A DNA stretch of 63,993 nucleotides, filler included, from Choristocarpus tenellus KU-1152 (GCA_964200185.2; 13 parts of 13 records of this genome joined end to end with filler, not necessarily neighbours in it), one strand, 5' to 3'. Shown: positions 26,090 to 40,764, counted from the whole stretch's first letter. Made by a program: numbers and translations. Notes: a model not told the origin generated them from the letters alone.

Positions 26090-28368
26090 AAATGAGCATG
26101 CCTGCTGCGCAATCCGCAGCCTTGACTCTGTGTTCTCGCTTATCTCCTAAGACACAAATATTTTTGGCGAGGTTGTGGGGTGGATTTCAGACAGAGCAGA
26201 CCTAGTGCTATGCGCGACAGGTAACACAGCCAGCGCAACATCGTCATACTGCTATAATAAAAAAATCATACGTCGAAAAGCTACAAAATATACGTATCAC
26301 TACTGCTATGGATAGTAACGTGTTGATGTTCTTGACCTTGAACTTGCCCTATCGTTTCATCAAACGAAACCGTTTTCTTCTATTTTCTAAAGTGGTGAAG
26401 ACAGTGAAACTCCCTGACCTGAATACATCTAAGTATTCCACTATATTACGACTACACTAAACCCTCATCGGCTCCTTGCGAAGTCGAGAGTACAGATGTT
26501 AGGAAGCGTGTTTGCTCCAGGGGGGGGGGGGTTGGACAAGGGTCTTTAAGTGCAGACGATGATCGTCAACTCTACCGTGAGGCAATGCGACTCTTGCTGG
26601 AGGTACACGGGGTAAGCTTCCCTATCCCTTGTGGGTCTCACGTGTCCGCAGCTTAACTCTAATTAGAAGAAGTGAGTTTCTTGCATTCTTCCACGATCCA
26701 TGTAGGGCACAAGACGGCAGAAGAGAGAGACAACAGAGAGCTCTAGGGGTATTTAGTTTCTTTCTCACCCTATCCCTTGGGCTGCCTCCAATTTGTCTCC
26801 TTCGAAAGGAGCAACGACCAGTCCGCGGAATGGCCATCATTCGGAGTTAAGGTATTTCCCGGTTATCTCTAAATACTCAGTAGTCCGAGAGTCGGACAGG
26901 ATTCGCATATCAAAACCTTGCCCATCATAATGAGAAATCGCTTTGTGGTCATCGCGATAGAGGAGAGTGTTTGCGGTCGATTCTGGATTCTGAGAGCACT
27001 TCAAAAATTGTAATTTGTGCTTATCCTGCGGTGACACCTTGTATGTGCTCAACTTTCCCCTGATCCTAATTGCGTGGTTTCTGACATTGATGCGTTTTTT
27101 CGGGCATTGCATAAAATCTTTCCGACGACAAGGATTATGCAGCACCGAAGATGTTGGATGTTGGATGTGTCCTAGTGTCTTGTCTACTACAAAACTTTCG
27201 ATCATATTTGATTGTGCACCGAATGGAATACTATCTACGACCACACATACCTTGCAGATAGACTATAAAAAATTTGTTCAAACCAAGGATCTTGCGTGAA
27301 GACAAGATAAGCGATACATGCAAACTTGGTAGATATTGACACGGAGCATTGTAGATATTTGGGGCATACACTCTATGACTCTCACCTCTTCTAACTCATC
27401 CTGTTGTCCCATTTTTGTCTTCATAACCCCCTGCCCCCATCGCACTAATGTCAGGTGACGGAGGCACAGACGACCACGCTCAACAATTTTCCTTTGAATG
27501 TTGCATCTCCGTCTGACGCGGTAGATGCGAATCTGGCATCAAAATTATAATTAATTGTAAGGTTGGCTCTTGTTGACTCAGATAAAGTAGATACCTGGGA
27601 TTCATGAGGTCGAATCCTGTAGAGGACTAACGTGTCTTGCATATTTATCACACTCTGTATCAGTATGTATGGGGGTGGTCACAACTACAGAATACTGTTT
27701 TATTATATGGGTGCTCGGAGAATATTGAACTGGGACCAGTTGGGAGGCTGTTGATGTTGTTTAGGAAGTGGATATCGAACAGTGACACAAATGACCAATG
27801 GAAACAAAAGGGAGTTCCAGATTCTGGTGTAAGGCCGTAGGGAAATATCCTGTGTCTCTCAGAGCTCATATCTTCTATCTGATGTGGGTCAGACCGATCA
27901 AAAAATGAAATTCTGCTCGCGTAACACAGAATGGCGCTCGCGTTTGAACAATGTCAAGGGGATTCCATATTGGACCGGTTCTTAACACGACCACCCTTGT
28001 AGTAGGGGTTCGATTCAACATGAATAACAATGAGGCCAGCATTTCATGTCAGACGGATCCTCTGGGAAACTCCTCTTTTCCTGGAAGTTTGAATTGTCAC
28101 CCAGTTATTGGCAAATTTGCCCGCGGTGATCAGCCATAGTGGAGTTGTTGGAAAAGCACTTTTCCATGATTATGAGCTGCAAGTTGTAACACTATTGTAG
28201 TCTTTGTGCAAAGATTTTTTTTTTCTTTGTGAAGAGCACAGGGAAAATCATGGTGTGGACCACCAGTCTCACCATAAATGCCCATGGTGTTGAATGCATG
28301 AAGCTCAGTAGATTGTTCTTAAACGTGAACCTCTGGATGTTGTGTGGGAGGCATGGTGAGATAGGTGG

Positions 28369-28526
28369 GACCCAAAGTATCTGGGGGGGGAGGAGATCTA
28401 CACCAGGGTGTCCATTTGGACCAAAATCAGGAAACGTGCATTCACATTACCCATCTGACGTATGCAACCAAATCACCCAAAAATCCCGACATGAAAAAAA
28501 TGACCCCAAACTAGATACTTTGAACC
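28369..28526 (+). mobile_element. MITE family A copy with a deletion near the right end
   Basis: GACCCAAAGTATCTGGGGGGG ... AGATACTTTGAACC; TGG(G) present on both flanks. Confidence 0.9.
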
Positions 28527-30860
28527 TGGGTGAACCTTTGCTGTCTTAATTTATACACTTCCTTCATTAACAAGTCCAATGTTCAATAAAGTAAACATTT
28601 GTAAGTGGCCCTCTTTGCATCTTACCACTACACAACCACTTGTCAGCATTTGGTCATTCCAATGCGTCTCTATTTGACTTTGATGTTCGTCGTATTCACT
28701 GTCTGTATTTAGAGTACGCTCTCATCAGATGAGCACGAAAACATTCAGAGGTGACCCTCCTAGCATATTTCTCCTACACCTGGCTTGTGGATTTCAATAA
28801 CATGTGCATGTAAGTAGTGACACATTGAGAAATGAGAGGGACAATGGGGCCTTGCTAGGAGGTAAGCGTGTTTTCTCACAAGACTAATTTTTTCATGGTT
28901 GACAGGTAGGACCTACCTGTTTGGTTAAATGGCCCATATACAATCTGAACAAAATCACTGTGAGATGTGTGTAGTTTTCACAACACCACTTCTGCTCTTA
29001 TGGTCTTAGTATAGAAAACGATTGACCGTCTATTTTGTGTTGATGGAATTTTCACTGTAAATATGTATGGCCGGGGATTCTGAAGCCTATCTATTCTCCT
29101 CTCTCGGGGCGGACCACCAAAACAGCTTGGTGCGAGTACCACTATCACTGGCCATATCGGCATGATGAATGGTCATAACTACAAGTAGATTCATGGATAG
29201 GTGAGAGAAGATCGAACAGGGTTCAGTTGATAGATTCTCGACCTTGTTTAGGTATGACAAAGAACGAGGACCTGAGCAGTTTACCAACAGCGACACAGGT
29301 GCCCAAAAGGAATAGAAGGGCCTTAATTTCTGATATATGACGGCAGGGAATGTCCTGGGTCGCTCAAGTCTACCTTCTCCCTGGTGTTGGTCAGATCGAT
29401 TAGAACATAATTTTTTTTGCGTAATAGAAGTGTGCTCACGTTTGGTCTCAACAATGCCAAGAGGATCTCAAATGGGATCTGTCCCTGACATACATCGTTT
29501 ATACTTCAAACTTATTTTGTGAACCTGGAGTACAATTGCAGTATATTGCAGTTTCAGCAAGAAAGGCGGTTGCTACCAAACTAGGCACCACATGTCAGAC
29601 TTGCTGTAGAAAGCATGACCTCTCTGGTCCTGAGGTACATGTCACATACGGCCATGGGTGACCTTCCTCTGACCAACCACAATACACCACGAAGCAACAG
29701 AGTATAATACTAGTTCTTCAGCCAGTCGAGAATATCGCAGATGTATAACCAACTGTCTAAATCGTGCAGAGTTCATAGTGATTCGCTCTTGCCCTTACAT
29801 GTCCAGTAGTTCAGCATCCAGATTCAATGCCCTAACTACACAGTAGTCTTGATAACTTATTTGTTTATTGTTGCAATGGATGTATGTTGATTATATCATT
29901 GATCCCACTTATCCTTTGCAGTTACATGGTGGCAGGACCTCTTACCAGACTGGGAAAATGTGACGGGACCGGTCTGCATGTTGATCCCGACAAAATATGC
30001 TAAATGAGAGCGGTCAAGAACCGTCAGAATTTCAGCAAGACTGGGCTGCCGGGCCCACTGACATATATGTATATGTATATATATAACAGGTTTGGTCTAG
30101 CACCATCAGTGTTTTCAACCGAACCAGGTCGCAGGCTGGTCCTAGTGAAATATGGTTTAACATGGCAGGTCCAGGACTGTCAAAGATAGTAGGCAGACTG
30201 GGCCACAGGATCGCTCACAGTAACATAAAAGATAGATGGTACAGAGTTGATCTAGTCAACTCTCTGTTAATTGTATTATTATATCTTCCCACTAGTCTGG
30301 GGATTGCCCTTACCCGTGGTCGGAGGTATTACACACTGCACTACTCCCCAAGCTACAAATTACTGACTAACCGTTGCACTATGACTATTTGTGTTGCCAC
30401 CGTTCCTGTCTTGTTTCTCGCACAGTGAGTTCAGCACTCCCACCACACTTCGCTCCATCTCCTTCCTCGAATATTGTGCTGGGTCCACCTTGAAGTTTCC
30501 ACCTCGATTTTGTTCAAGCGTTTTTGAAGAATAGTCACAAACCCAATAGTACAGGGATATAATGTGTACAATGTGTATTGTGGTGATTAGTATGCACCCA
30601 GCTTACTACATAATTTTTTAATTTCAACATATATTTGCGATAATTTGGGGGATCTGATAAGAACATACTTCGGCTGAGCGAGTCCGACCCATTTTGACCA
30701 GGCAGGTTCGGCTAACATACCCTGTCATTAATCGAGGACTGTCGGGGATTTGAGCTGGGCTGTGTCACTGACCAGCTCCTGGAAAATATTCGTTAAGGGG
30801 GCCAATCCAGGACTGCTGGTAGTTTTCAACAAGACCAGGCTATCAGACGGTCCGTGTGAA

Positions 30861-30900
30861 GGCTCAAAGTATCTGGAGGGGGGTGGCGGCTGTCCATTTG
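30861..30900 (-). mobile_element. MITE family A end at contig break
   Basis: GGCTCAAAGTATCTGGAGGGGGGTGGCGGCTGTCCATTTG. Confidence 0.85.
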
Positions 30901-32679
30901 NNNNNNNNNNNNNNNNNNNNNNNNNNNNNNNNNNNNNNNNNNNNTTAATTAATTAANNNNNNNNNNNNNNNNNNNNNNNNNNNNNNNNNNNNNNNNNNNN
31001 GTGTAGGGCATACGGCAATAACGGTATAATAACAGACAAACATGCTTTCCACATGTCAGAACTTGTCAAAAACCCAACCCTTATTAACAAGAGGAAGAAT
31101 GCAAGTATTTCAATACTACAATCAAGATTAATGGGCGATCGGACGGACGTGTATAATGTTTCAACTGTATTTTTCTAACATTACACATAATTTTGATGAC
31201 GGCATGACCCCCTCTTTCCCAAATTGGAATCCGTCCTGATCTTGTACCAGACCACATCTTGGTACCCTGTCGAGGTCAGAATCTAGAGGAGGCGCCCCAT
31301 CCACTCAGTTCTCCTGCTTCTCTTCCCTAGCGGTGACAATCGAGATTATCTAGTGGTGGTGGCACTGTCGCTTCATTGATTTTCATGTCTTTCGAACCCA
31401 ATTCTTTATTTTCGATTCAGAGATAACAGGTCATGGAACCTTCCTTGAAGTTTTCTATGATAACCTTGTTCACTTACCTGTTTGCACAACAGCTGTACTC
31501 CTGATCCTGACCAGACTTGCATAAGCAGGAGAAGGCACACGGTATTCAAAGATGTATCTCAAACGATTTGCAAACGATCAATAGGGAGTGTAAAATGGAG
31601 GTCAACGAGGCGTGTATTGACGGTAGCATTCAACCAAAATTTCTCTGACGAGATGACATCGGGTTCTATAACAGTCTCCACATCGACAGCCCCACACCAA
31701 CGCACCCTCCCACCCAATGTCCCTCCAGTAATTCCGAGTCCGAGAGGATCCGCCATGCTAAGGTCACCTATTTGGTGCCGGTTGAAAGGAGTCACCTTCT
31801 CCTCCCATCTATCTGCAATATTACTAGGTTTCTTACAGCCTATTCCGTTCTATTTATATTCGGGAGCTAACTGATTGGATAGTGTCTCTGAAAGCTTCCT
31901 TCGAGTTGGCGCATGTGCAGACCACACCCTGGCGAGAATTTGTCCTGATTTTTCCCCCCAAAGCTTCGAAGTCGGCCTTAAGGGATTCACGGTGGGACCC
32001 TACATGTGCTTAATGGTACATTTTTCTCTTCCGAGTAAACCTTTCTTCTCATTCTCCCCTCGATGGGTCGGCCTTCCCTCCCTCGACAACCTGAATTGAG
32101 GGATCTTCAGATGAACCTCTCCTCGTCATTTTTTTGCGGTAAGACGGGACTTGGTCCTACGTACCCTAAATTGACCCTGCTGGTGCCATTGGTGACTACA
32201 ACTTTTGCTAACTCGACACATCTAAGGGTCTGATTTTGGGGGGTAAAGCTTATTGCAGAGTTTTTGATACTAAGTTGCAGGACACCATGTTAAAGTATCC
32301 CCTGGCTCATTTATGGATAGAAGAGATAAATACAGGAATGCTACTAAATGTTGTAGAGCGATTATTCCCAAGCAGAGGGGACAACCATACAACCTCAAAA
32401 CACCATGCTTAATGGAGTCGATTCCTATCCATCCATTCGTATACAAGAACAAATATGGGTTAACCAAATAATACTATTGACTCTTGTATTCATTCTGACT
32501 TTGCGTGTATACTACTAGTGATACCCGTTACAGTCGGAGAAGTCTATTCGAACACACCACCTAGCAAGGAGGTGCTTAACGGGATCTTCTTACAGTTCTT
32601 GGGTTATCAAACGAAATATGGGGACGACGAAATCGAGCAGACGTATTGTCTCCGAAGGTGCCCCATGACAATTCACACC

Positions 32680-33723
32680 CCCATTGCCACATTCACTCCC
32701 GTTGCATCCTAAACACTATGGGTTCCTCCACACCCCAGCCTTCTGCCCCGCGTGCAACTCCACACCCACAGGATTACGGCAACTTAGGAAAAAGCACAGA
32801 CATACAGCCTTGGTCATCTTCAAGGTTATCCCTAACAGGCACTGTATAGCACACGCCAAAATTATTATTCACACATGTGATCTCCTTCTGCAAAAAGTCA
32901 CTGCCCCTATCCTGGAAGGAGCCATTACATTCCATGAGCCTGTCAGAGCCTCCAAACTCCTGGACCTCATTTCCATTCTCCTACTTTCCAACAATGGGAG
33001 ATTTTCTTGGGCAGACCGTTTCCCCAGGGTGATAAAGTGGAACATCAACGACCCATTTGCATGGCTCCTCGAACAGGCACAGAGAGCAAATCGAAGCCGG
33101 AAACCCAGTTGAGACGATCATGACCCAGACAGCACCAGGTAGCTACACTTGATAAGCACCATACGGGCATCCATGGTGTAAGAGTCCTCTTAGCCCAACC
33201 CCGCTCTCCATGAACTGAGTTCACTTTTGGGGTGATAGTCCTCAAACTCCCTGCTGGAAATCCCTGTGCTCTCAGGCAGGCGATCATAGCGGCCAAGGAG
33301 AAGGTGGAGGCAGAGGAGGGGTCTGAGTGAAAGTATCTTGGAGAGTAGAGCTGCGTTGGTTTGGGGGCCAAAATTCAATGTTGCGATTTTGATGTAATTT
33401 CGGCAATTGTGTTTGTTACGAAGTGTCGATATCCTTGTTCCCGGACACACCTTTTACTAACATATATTTTACCTACTCTGAAAAATTTCATAATAGTAGG
33501 AAAATGTAATAAGAACCTGTGGGAAGCCAAACCCCAAACGGACAAAGAGGGCAAAACTCATACCCTCTAAGATACTTTCACACGTCTAGTAGTGGACACC
33601 AGTACAACGTCCTTTGAGAAAATATACTCCCCAGCTTCCCTTTACAACTGCCTTCATGCAGGCAAATACTAACTCCACTGCAGGACCTGATGGCCTTCAT
33701 CTCTGCCACAGTCACTCAGCCAT
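32680..33723 (+). mobile_element. Degenerate non-LTR retrotransposon ORF (CRE-like pre-RT region), interrupted by a MITE
   Basis: Frame-shifted segments KLLDLISILLL..G..WADRF, VLLAQPRSP, ALRQAIIAAKEKV and QANTNSTAGPDGL; the S.AGPDG motif precedes RT in non-LTR elements. Clade assignment is inference. Confidence 0.5.
33325..33583 (+). mobile_element. MITE family B, full copy with perfect 4-bp TSD GTCT
   Basis: GTCT|GAGTGAAAGTATCTTGGAGAGTAG ... TACCCTCTAAGATACTTTCACAC|GTCT. Confidence 0.95.
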
Positions 33724-33744
33724 GGGTCAAAGTATCTGGGGGGG
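33724..33744. mobile_element. MITE family A/C terminus at contig break
   Basis: GGGTCAAAGTATCTGGGGGGG. Confidence 0.75.
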
Positions 33745-36067
33745 NNNNNNNNNNNNNNNNNNNNNNNNNNNNNNNNNNNNNNNNNNNNTTAATTAATTAA
33801 NNNNNNNNNNNNNNNNNNNNNNNNNNNNNNNNNNNNNNNNNNNNCTCATAGTCCCGCGCCATCCTCAATTTTGCGAATTCCCTGTTATTGATATTCCCTC
33901 TTTCTAAAACATAAAGTGTTACCACAATTCAGCAAAGTCTCTGTATTTCCACAAAATGCCATCTTTTTGACCTTTCTGGGGATCGTTAAAAACGTAACCC
34001 TGCCTGCCTACCTGTCAGTTGGTGTGACTCACTACGTGGCGGAAGTAGAAGGTACTAGATGTACCAGGGAAGTTTGTTCAGCTTGAGGCAGCAACACATA
34101 ATAAAAAAGGGACAACCACTACAACAGAAGGAGAGATCACCAAATGCATTATGGTGATGAAGGCTATGATGAGATGAATGAATGGCATTGGTGATGATAG
34201 TGAATAACAACCCTACGAACACCCAAACCGGTTACACCACAACATTGAAGTTCGTATTATCGGAATCTATTCCACCTACTAAATTGCAGGGCATGCCTCT
34301 CAGCGAGAGCGTAAAATTACTCATGATTTGTATCTTACCCTCAATTCTCAACTCCCCATTAGAACACAGCAAAGTAAGATAGCTTTTATGTCCTGCTTAT
34401 CGGTCAACAATCAGCTCTCTTTTACTTTTGGAGTCCCAACCTGATCCTTTCCGATGATCAAAATTAACAAGGCATATGAACCTTTAATTTTTTTTTGTAA
34501 AAACATAGAGGTGGAAAATTTTGGGCGACTCGGTAGGCAAGTGGAATTTTTTCTGGATGAGTTGGCTACGCACATGTGGTAGGGGGAAGAGGGGCAGGAG
34601 GCTATAGCAGGAAAGGGGCTAAAACTTCTCCAAGTATACAGTAGATTTATGGGTGCTCTGGTACACTGCAGTGTCGATCATGATAGAGATCAAGGAGAAA
34701 TAGAGGTTCTCATAGTCATCTGAGCTAACTAACAAGGGCATTTGTGGAAACTCGGACAAATAGGGGAGCAAAAATAGTGTATAGGAGGTAGGGTCACAGC
34801 ATTAGTAATATTCTAGGATGAAGGGACGAGAACAGTTCAGTCCAGGCAAGAACCCATGTCGTAAATGAGAAGGTAGCAAGGGATAATGCCCCCCTTGCAT
34901 CCATAATGATTTACTCTTATCTCTTCAATCTCATGTCCTATATATCAACTCCTGTAATCAAGCAGGTGGGTGATACTTTGAATATCACGACTACTGTGTA
35001 ATAGAAGCCCCTCCAACACATCATCCTACACCTTGTACGATTTGACAAGGACCTCCTCTGACTCAATCTAAACCAAGGGAAATTGTTTCGACTGCATCAG
35101 ACCAAACATAGCTAAACTTGGATCTCAGGAGAATTGACTGCCACCCAGGGCAAAAAGGAACTTGATTAGCGAGCCATGCACAACAAGGAAGAGCAAAGCT
35201 TATGGCTACATTGCAATCCACATACATTTCGCCAGGAAATGGAGATGGCATCATCACGCAACATGTGAGAATAACAAGATGTCACTGGGCAAGTCAATAA
35301 GACAAAAAAGGTCCCACTCCCCATACACCTACAGGGGAAAACAAAACAATTTTACCAGACTGCCTACTCAACTGATGCCACCATACAACCTTGCACCATC
35401 CTGTTCACCCCAACAGCCACTTGACCTCCTTCCAACACTATAATTGCTCTTAGTTGCGACGGATGACACCTACAGCAGTCACCACAACAGTTTTCAGTCA
35501 TTGAACAGACACCAGACAATACACACAAAAGCTGACAACTATCTCGTCCTGCAGTATAGCTAGTGCATTTATCCTTGCATCTCTGGCAGACCCTCCATTA
35601 AGAAGGCATTGTCACCAAGCCTCCAGATAGCGTCAGCCCAGGCACTGCTCATCTCATAACCATTGTTCACATCGCCTACCACACTATGCCCCCATTCATG
35701 GTCCCTTGTTCTTCTCAACACTCCTTCCCTACAATGTCTTGTAACTACACACCTACAGCGGATACCTGTGCTCAATGCTGGGCTACACCACCACTCACCC
35801 ACAACTACCGCACTATCAACCATCACACACACAGGCCAAGGCTGTGTATACTCAGCCCATGGTCCCACAACGGCAGTACTAGTTCATTATCTCCATACAC
35901 ACCCTACTGTGTTCAGCTTAGGGAAGCACCCTGTCCTTCCCTCCAAAACCTCTTAAATGTTAATTTGTTCGTCCATCAATCAGTTAATCAATCAATCCAT
36001 TCCTTCCTGCACAACCCCATCCACCGTTTGTCCACATGCTTGCATGCCTGTGACATTTTTTTCTTGT

Positions 36068-37573
36068 CTAGTTGCCTCCACCACCGCCCTGCAGATTAGA
36101 ATTAATGTTGTCATCAGTGGAGTGGTAGACAGGGTTCTTTTGAGGACATGGAAGGTTGTCGGGAAAAGAAGGGGGAAATAGGAGCAGTACACACCAACAA
36201 CACACAAAAATCAACCTCAGCACGAATTGACTTTACTGATGATATGCATTTTCAAAAGGACTGGGAAAAAAGTGCGCCAAGAAAGAGTTTGGGAACACAA
36301 AGAATCATTTCTCACCCCCTCCCCCCCCCCCCAAGAAGCTATCACTTAATCTATGTACTCCAACATATATTCGGAACAAGTCAACAGACCGAGAGCTCAT
36401 TCCAAAACTCTCACATAAACAGTGTTGTGGTGAAAGTGGTATCACCTCACCTTCCACACACAGTACTCCCAACAGCTGGATCACTTTAACGTATGATGCA
36501 CAAGACAAGCACACTCAGCATCACAACTCCCCTACCTCATCCTTGAGATTAAACTCGCCAAAAACCCTCCTATCCATTCTGCCCCCCTATTTGCACTATA
36601 AATGACAAAATCTCACCTTATTTCGGCGCCCACTGCTCTGACGAGACAGACCTCCGCCCCGACCTCCACCCCGACTCCCTCCCCTACCCTGTTGTCCACC
36701 CCGGTGATGGCCACCTGGCATATCATCACTGTGTCCATGCCCATCTCCCCTCATCCCATCCCTGGCATCTCTGCAGATAATGCCCACCCCCAAGGCACCC
36801 AATGAAAACAAAACCCAAACCATCCATCCACCCATCCACCCAAAAACGAAAAATCAGCTCATGTATGTGTGTGTGTGTGTGTGTGTGCGCGCGCGATGTA
36901 TTTATGTATGCATTGCAAAGTAAGGTGGAGCTTTAGACTTGCTTTTGTATTCCACTTGGAATACACATATTGGGTGTAGATGGGGGTATATTCTTATAGA
37001 AGAATGCAACCTTTTTGGGGTCAATGGTTGGTTTGGATGATAGAGAAAGCGAAGGGATAGTGTTGTTCACAGTGGCATGGATTTGGTGAGGAGTACAAAG
37101 TAGCCATGTCCTAACAGGTAAGAACATGCAGCTGCATTCAAGTGCACCTAGCACATAGTCACACCCTGTCCAGCCCACAAGGGCAGGAGGGCACTAAGAA
37201 AATGAACAGGTAACAGGAAACATTAATGAGTTGGAAAAGAGTTAAGAAGGCTCAGGTTTTCAATATGTGCCACTTTCATGATCTATCACGTGCAATATAG
37301 CATTGCATGCATGAACAGAGGGTAAATGAGTCATCGACAAAACATAGAAAAAAATACGTACTACAGGCAACCATCATACAGATCATCATTCATATGCCTG
37401 TGCTGAGGCAGGGTGTCAAAATTTTTCAAGCTGAGAACCATAAAAAATGCATTTTATTTACATTCATGTCCCTCTCCTCTCTCCTGCATAACTCCTGTGC
37501 CCCTATCCACCAACCACTCACCCCCCTGGATGCTCGTGGCCCTGAGGGCGACCACCTCCCCCCTGCTGACCCC
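36068..37573 (-). CDS. 3' end of a gene with a Gly/Arg-rich (RGG) C-terminus, possibly RNA-binding; exons 37522-37573 (partial), 36617-36770, 36068-36088
   Basis: Phase-compatible GT-AG exons: GQQGGGGRPQGHEHPGG|DARDGMRGDGHGHSDDMPGGHHRGGQQGRGGSRGGGRGGGLSRQSSGRRNK|GGGGGN*. Confidence 0.7.
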
Positions 37574-38762
37574 NNNNNNNNNNNNNNNNNNNNNNNNNNN
37601 NNNNNNNNNNNNNNNNNTTAATTAATTAANNNNNNNNNNNNNNNNNNNNNNNNNNNNNNNNNNNNNNNNNNNNCAGTGCACCAATCAACAGTCAGTACAA
37701 GCTGGTAGTTTTTGTATCATATCAACAAGAAACAAATGAGTAGCCTATGTTTTAACACACATCACATCATTCTTGACTGAGGATCAATGACCTCAGTTAC
37801 AACAGAATAAATACATCGGTGCTTTGCAGCACAATCACATCTACTCATAACATAGACTACGCATACCACTCATCGGTGTTTTGCAACAACATGATTCCTC
37901 ATCGCTAGTAGTCTACGCATTTTGCCTACATGTACGATGCATTCAATTCAGGTTTCAACAGTTGTGGAGGAGAATGAGGAATGCAACCCCTCTTCCAATC
38001 GTACAGAGAACCCTACACTAGGTATGGGACGGGCACTATGAATCGTACCCCGGAGAAAACATGGCGGGGGATCGCCTTGCCCTGGGGGTCCGAGGTTCTG
38101 AGGAACATATGGACAATGCTAAGGGAATGGATGGACAGGGAGAACCCCCCATAGCCTTAGTTCGAAATATTTTTGCTTCCGTACAGAGATACAGGGAGAT
38201 GGAGAAAAGGGTGACTGATGGTCCTAAAACTGGTGGTAACCCATAACACACAAGACCGCAATCTGATCCACTCCCATAGTAAGTTCAAGATTGGAATAAC
38301 ACCCAACTTCCTCAAGGCTTGCGCGTCGGAACTCCCCCAATCCGCAAACAGATCGGCAGCAGCTTACAGTCCCGGAATAAACATGGTGCAAACCTGTACC
38401 CTCCAGCAGGTTAATGCATGACGATGGGTTCAAAACTACATGAGCAAAAAGATGCAAAGCACCTTGTTCTTAATGATTCCTGCTATGTGTGCAAGGTATC
38501 CTGGAAGAGGTTTGTGATGGAGGAGGAAATGGGGGATGCTGCTGCATGTGTAGAATATCAACGTGCTCGCTGCAAAGAAGGCTGTGTTCTTGAGTTCGGC
38601 AAAGGTTGAGGGGTGGAGTGATAGGTATTCGTCATCCTTCAATTTGTGGCATGTATTGACCGACACTTATCCAAAGCTTAAGGGTTGGTGGAAAAAATAC
38701 AAGGGGTGTGACTCAAACATGTCTATCACAAGAAGCAAGAGTCGTTTTTTTGTAAAAATTAT

Positions 38763-38938
38763 GGGTTAAAGTATCAGGGGGGGGTGTCGTCGTCCATATT
38801 TAACCCTTTTTTCGATTTTCACTTTTTTGGTCTGATTTGGTCGCACGTGTCGGATTTGAAATGTCAGAAAAAAAAAATGTTTGACCGAAACGGACGCCTC
38901 CTCAGAAACCACCACCCCCCTACCAGATACTTTGACCC
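38763..38938 (+). mobile_element. MITE family C, full copy with perfect 4-bp TSD TTAT
   Basis: TTAT|GGGTTAAAGTATCAGGGGGGG ... CCCCCCTACCAGATACTTTGACCC|TTAT. Confidence 0.95.
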
Positions 38939-40764
38939 TTATGCATTCTTGAACCTTAGGCATAGTCTCCTACGATCAAGTTTGATACAGTTTAGGTTTT
39001 GATAGGTTTACCACGTTGACAATGTGCTCACGCACGTGTAGACTGTAAAGAATCGTCAGTACTGTCACACTTCACCACCTCTCCTGCAGACGTTGGATTT
39101 TTGCTTGTAAACTGTCATATAAAATTGGGGGTCCAAACCTTACGTTCAACATCTATTCGTCTAATTTGATTCGTGTTTCTGAATTCGGTAACCGTCACAC
39201 CCTCATATTCTGCTTATTAGATACGCCATATCGACACTGGAATTTATTTCATTGAATTTCTATAACTGTCGATCGGCACATAATTAGCAAAGTCGGTGTC
39301 TTGTTGCCAACAAGCAGCTTGGTCTAGTTGTCGATGTTTGCAAAACACAAGCATTTGTTGAATACTTGGGTTTACATTTGTATTTAGAAATGGCTAGAGT
39401 GCAATTGTTGCATGCAGATACACGCAAATATGAATATAAAATATGAGGGCAGAAAACTTTGTTCACCTCAAAAATAGTTTTTCCTCTGCTGCAAAGGGAG
39501 CTCAATCACCTATTACACTATGCAGTGTATCACATAGACAATAATCCTAATTGCATATTTATGTTGGGGTATATCAAACATTTTCGAATCTACTTGCTTC
39601 TTTTACGTAAAGTGCCATGGCTAATGGAGGGGTAAGCCATTCTTGGCAGTTTTGCGTTGCAACTGCTCTTTATACAAAAGGGGGAGTTGAACGCAACTCG
39701 GAAGAGATTCAGACTGCCCTAGAGTGTTCTTCCAACATGATGAGGTTCCTATTGTGAGTTGACATAATTCATTCTCGATTGTAAAATATTCTCTACTCCC
39801 TGGGCATATCCCTTTCTGTATTCCCTAATTTCTCTTGCAATTCTTCTCCTTTCGTCCTCTTTTACATCCCCCAGTTTCATCACGAGTGTGGTTGACAAAC
39901 ATGACCGCTAAAATAAATACACCGTCCTCCCCACCCAGGTGCAAGAGGGCCAATCTCGAGGTATTTGGAACATAGACTGTGGGTGAGAAGTGAGGATATG
40001 CGACCTCTTGCATTAATGGCACATGTGATACGTGCCAGTGGAAGTAGCACCCAATCTGGTATTGTCACCGCATGGTCTAATCTCATTTGACTACCTAAAG
40101 CTGGAACGAGTTCATCAATGCATACACACCTATTGTGGAGAACGAGCTTGAAGGAATGATGCACAACGATATCAAGGTGAATGGGAGCTCTATATGTTGT
40201 AAACAAGTTCGACAAATCCCGTATGCACAGTTTTCAGGACTTGGTTTACCAACCAGTTCTTTCTTTAACAGGCCACACCCACCAGCTGATCACTCGGCAC
40301 AAGTAACCTCTGTTCATCCTTTGTCTGACAACACCTGTACCATCTTCCCAGGGCAGTACAAGAGGTTTGCTGTGGAGTCCAACCGGCAGACACTAGGGGG
40401 ACCTCCAGTAGTCTTCTCCAAAAAACGAACCCGCATGGACACACCCCATACTAAATTTGGATGAGGGACAGAATTCATTCTGCCTGGCTGGCTGTTATGA
40501 TGTCGTCGTCAGGGGGAGATTTTTTTATGTGGGTGTTGATGATGAAGAAAGACTTGTGTACTCTGTGGGATACGAGGCCGAACATGGATACCAGTCCTTG
40601 CCCCAAGTGCTACATCCGCACATGTTGGAGGAAGAGGTCAAGGAGGGCGTCCAACTGCTGCGGGAGAAGGGGAACAAGGAGCGCGAAACATTCCAAGCTC
40701 AACACAAAGAGCGGAAAGAAAGGCAACGTAGGTAGGTGGGTGGAAAATGAGAGAATAACATGAA

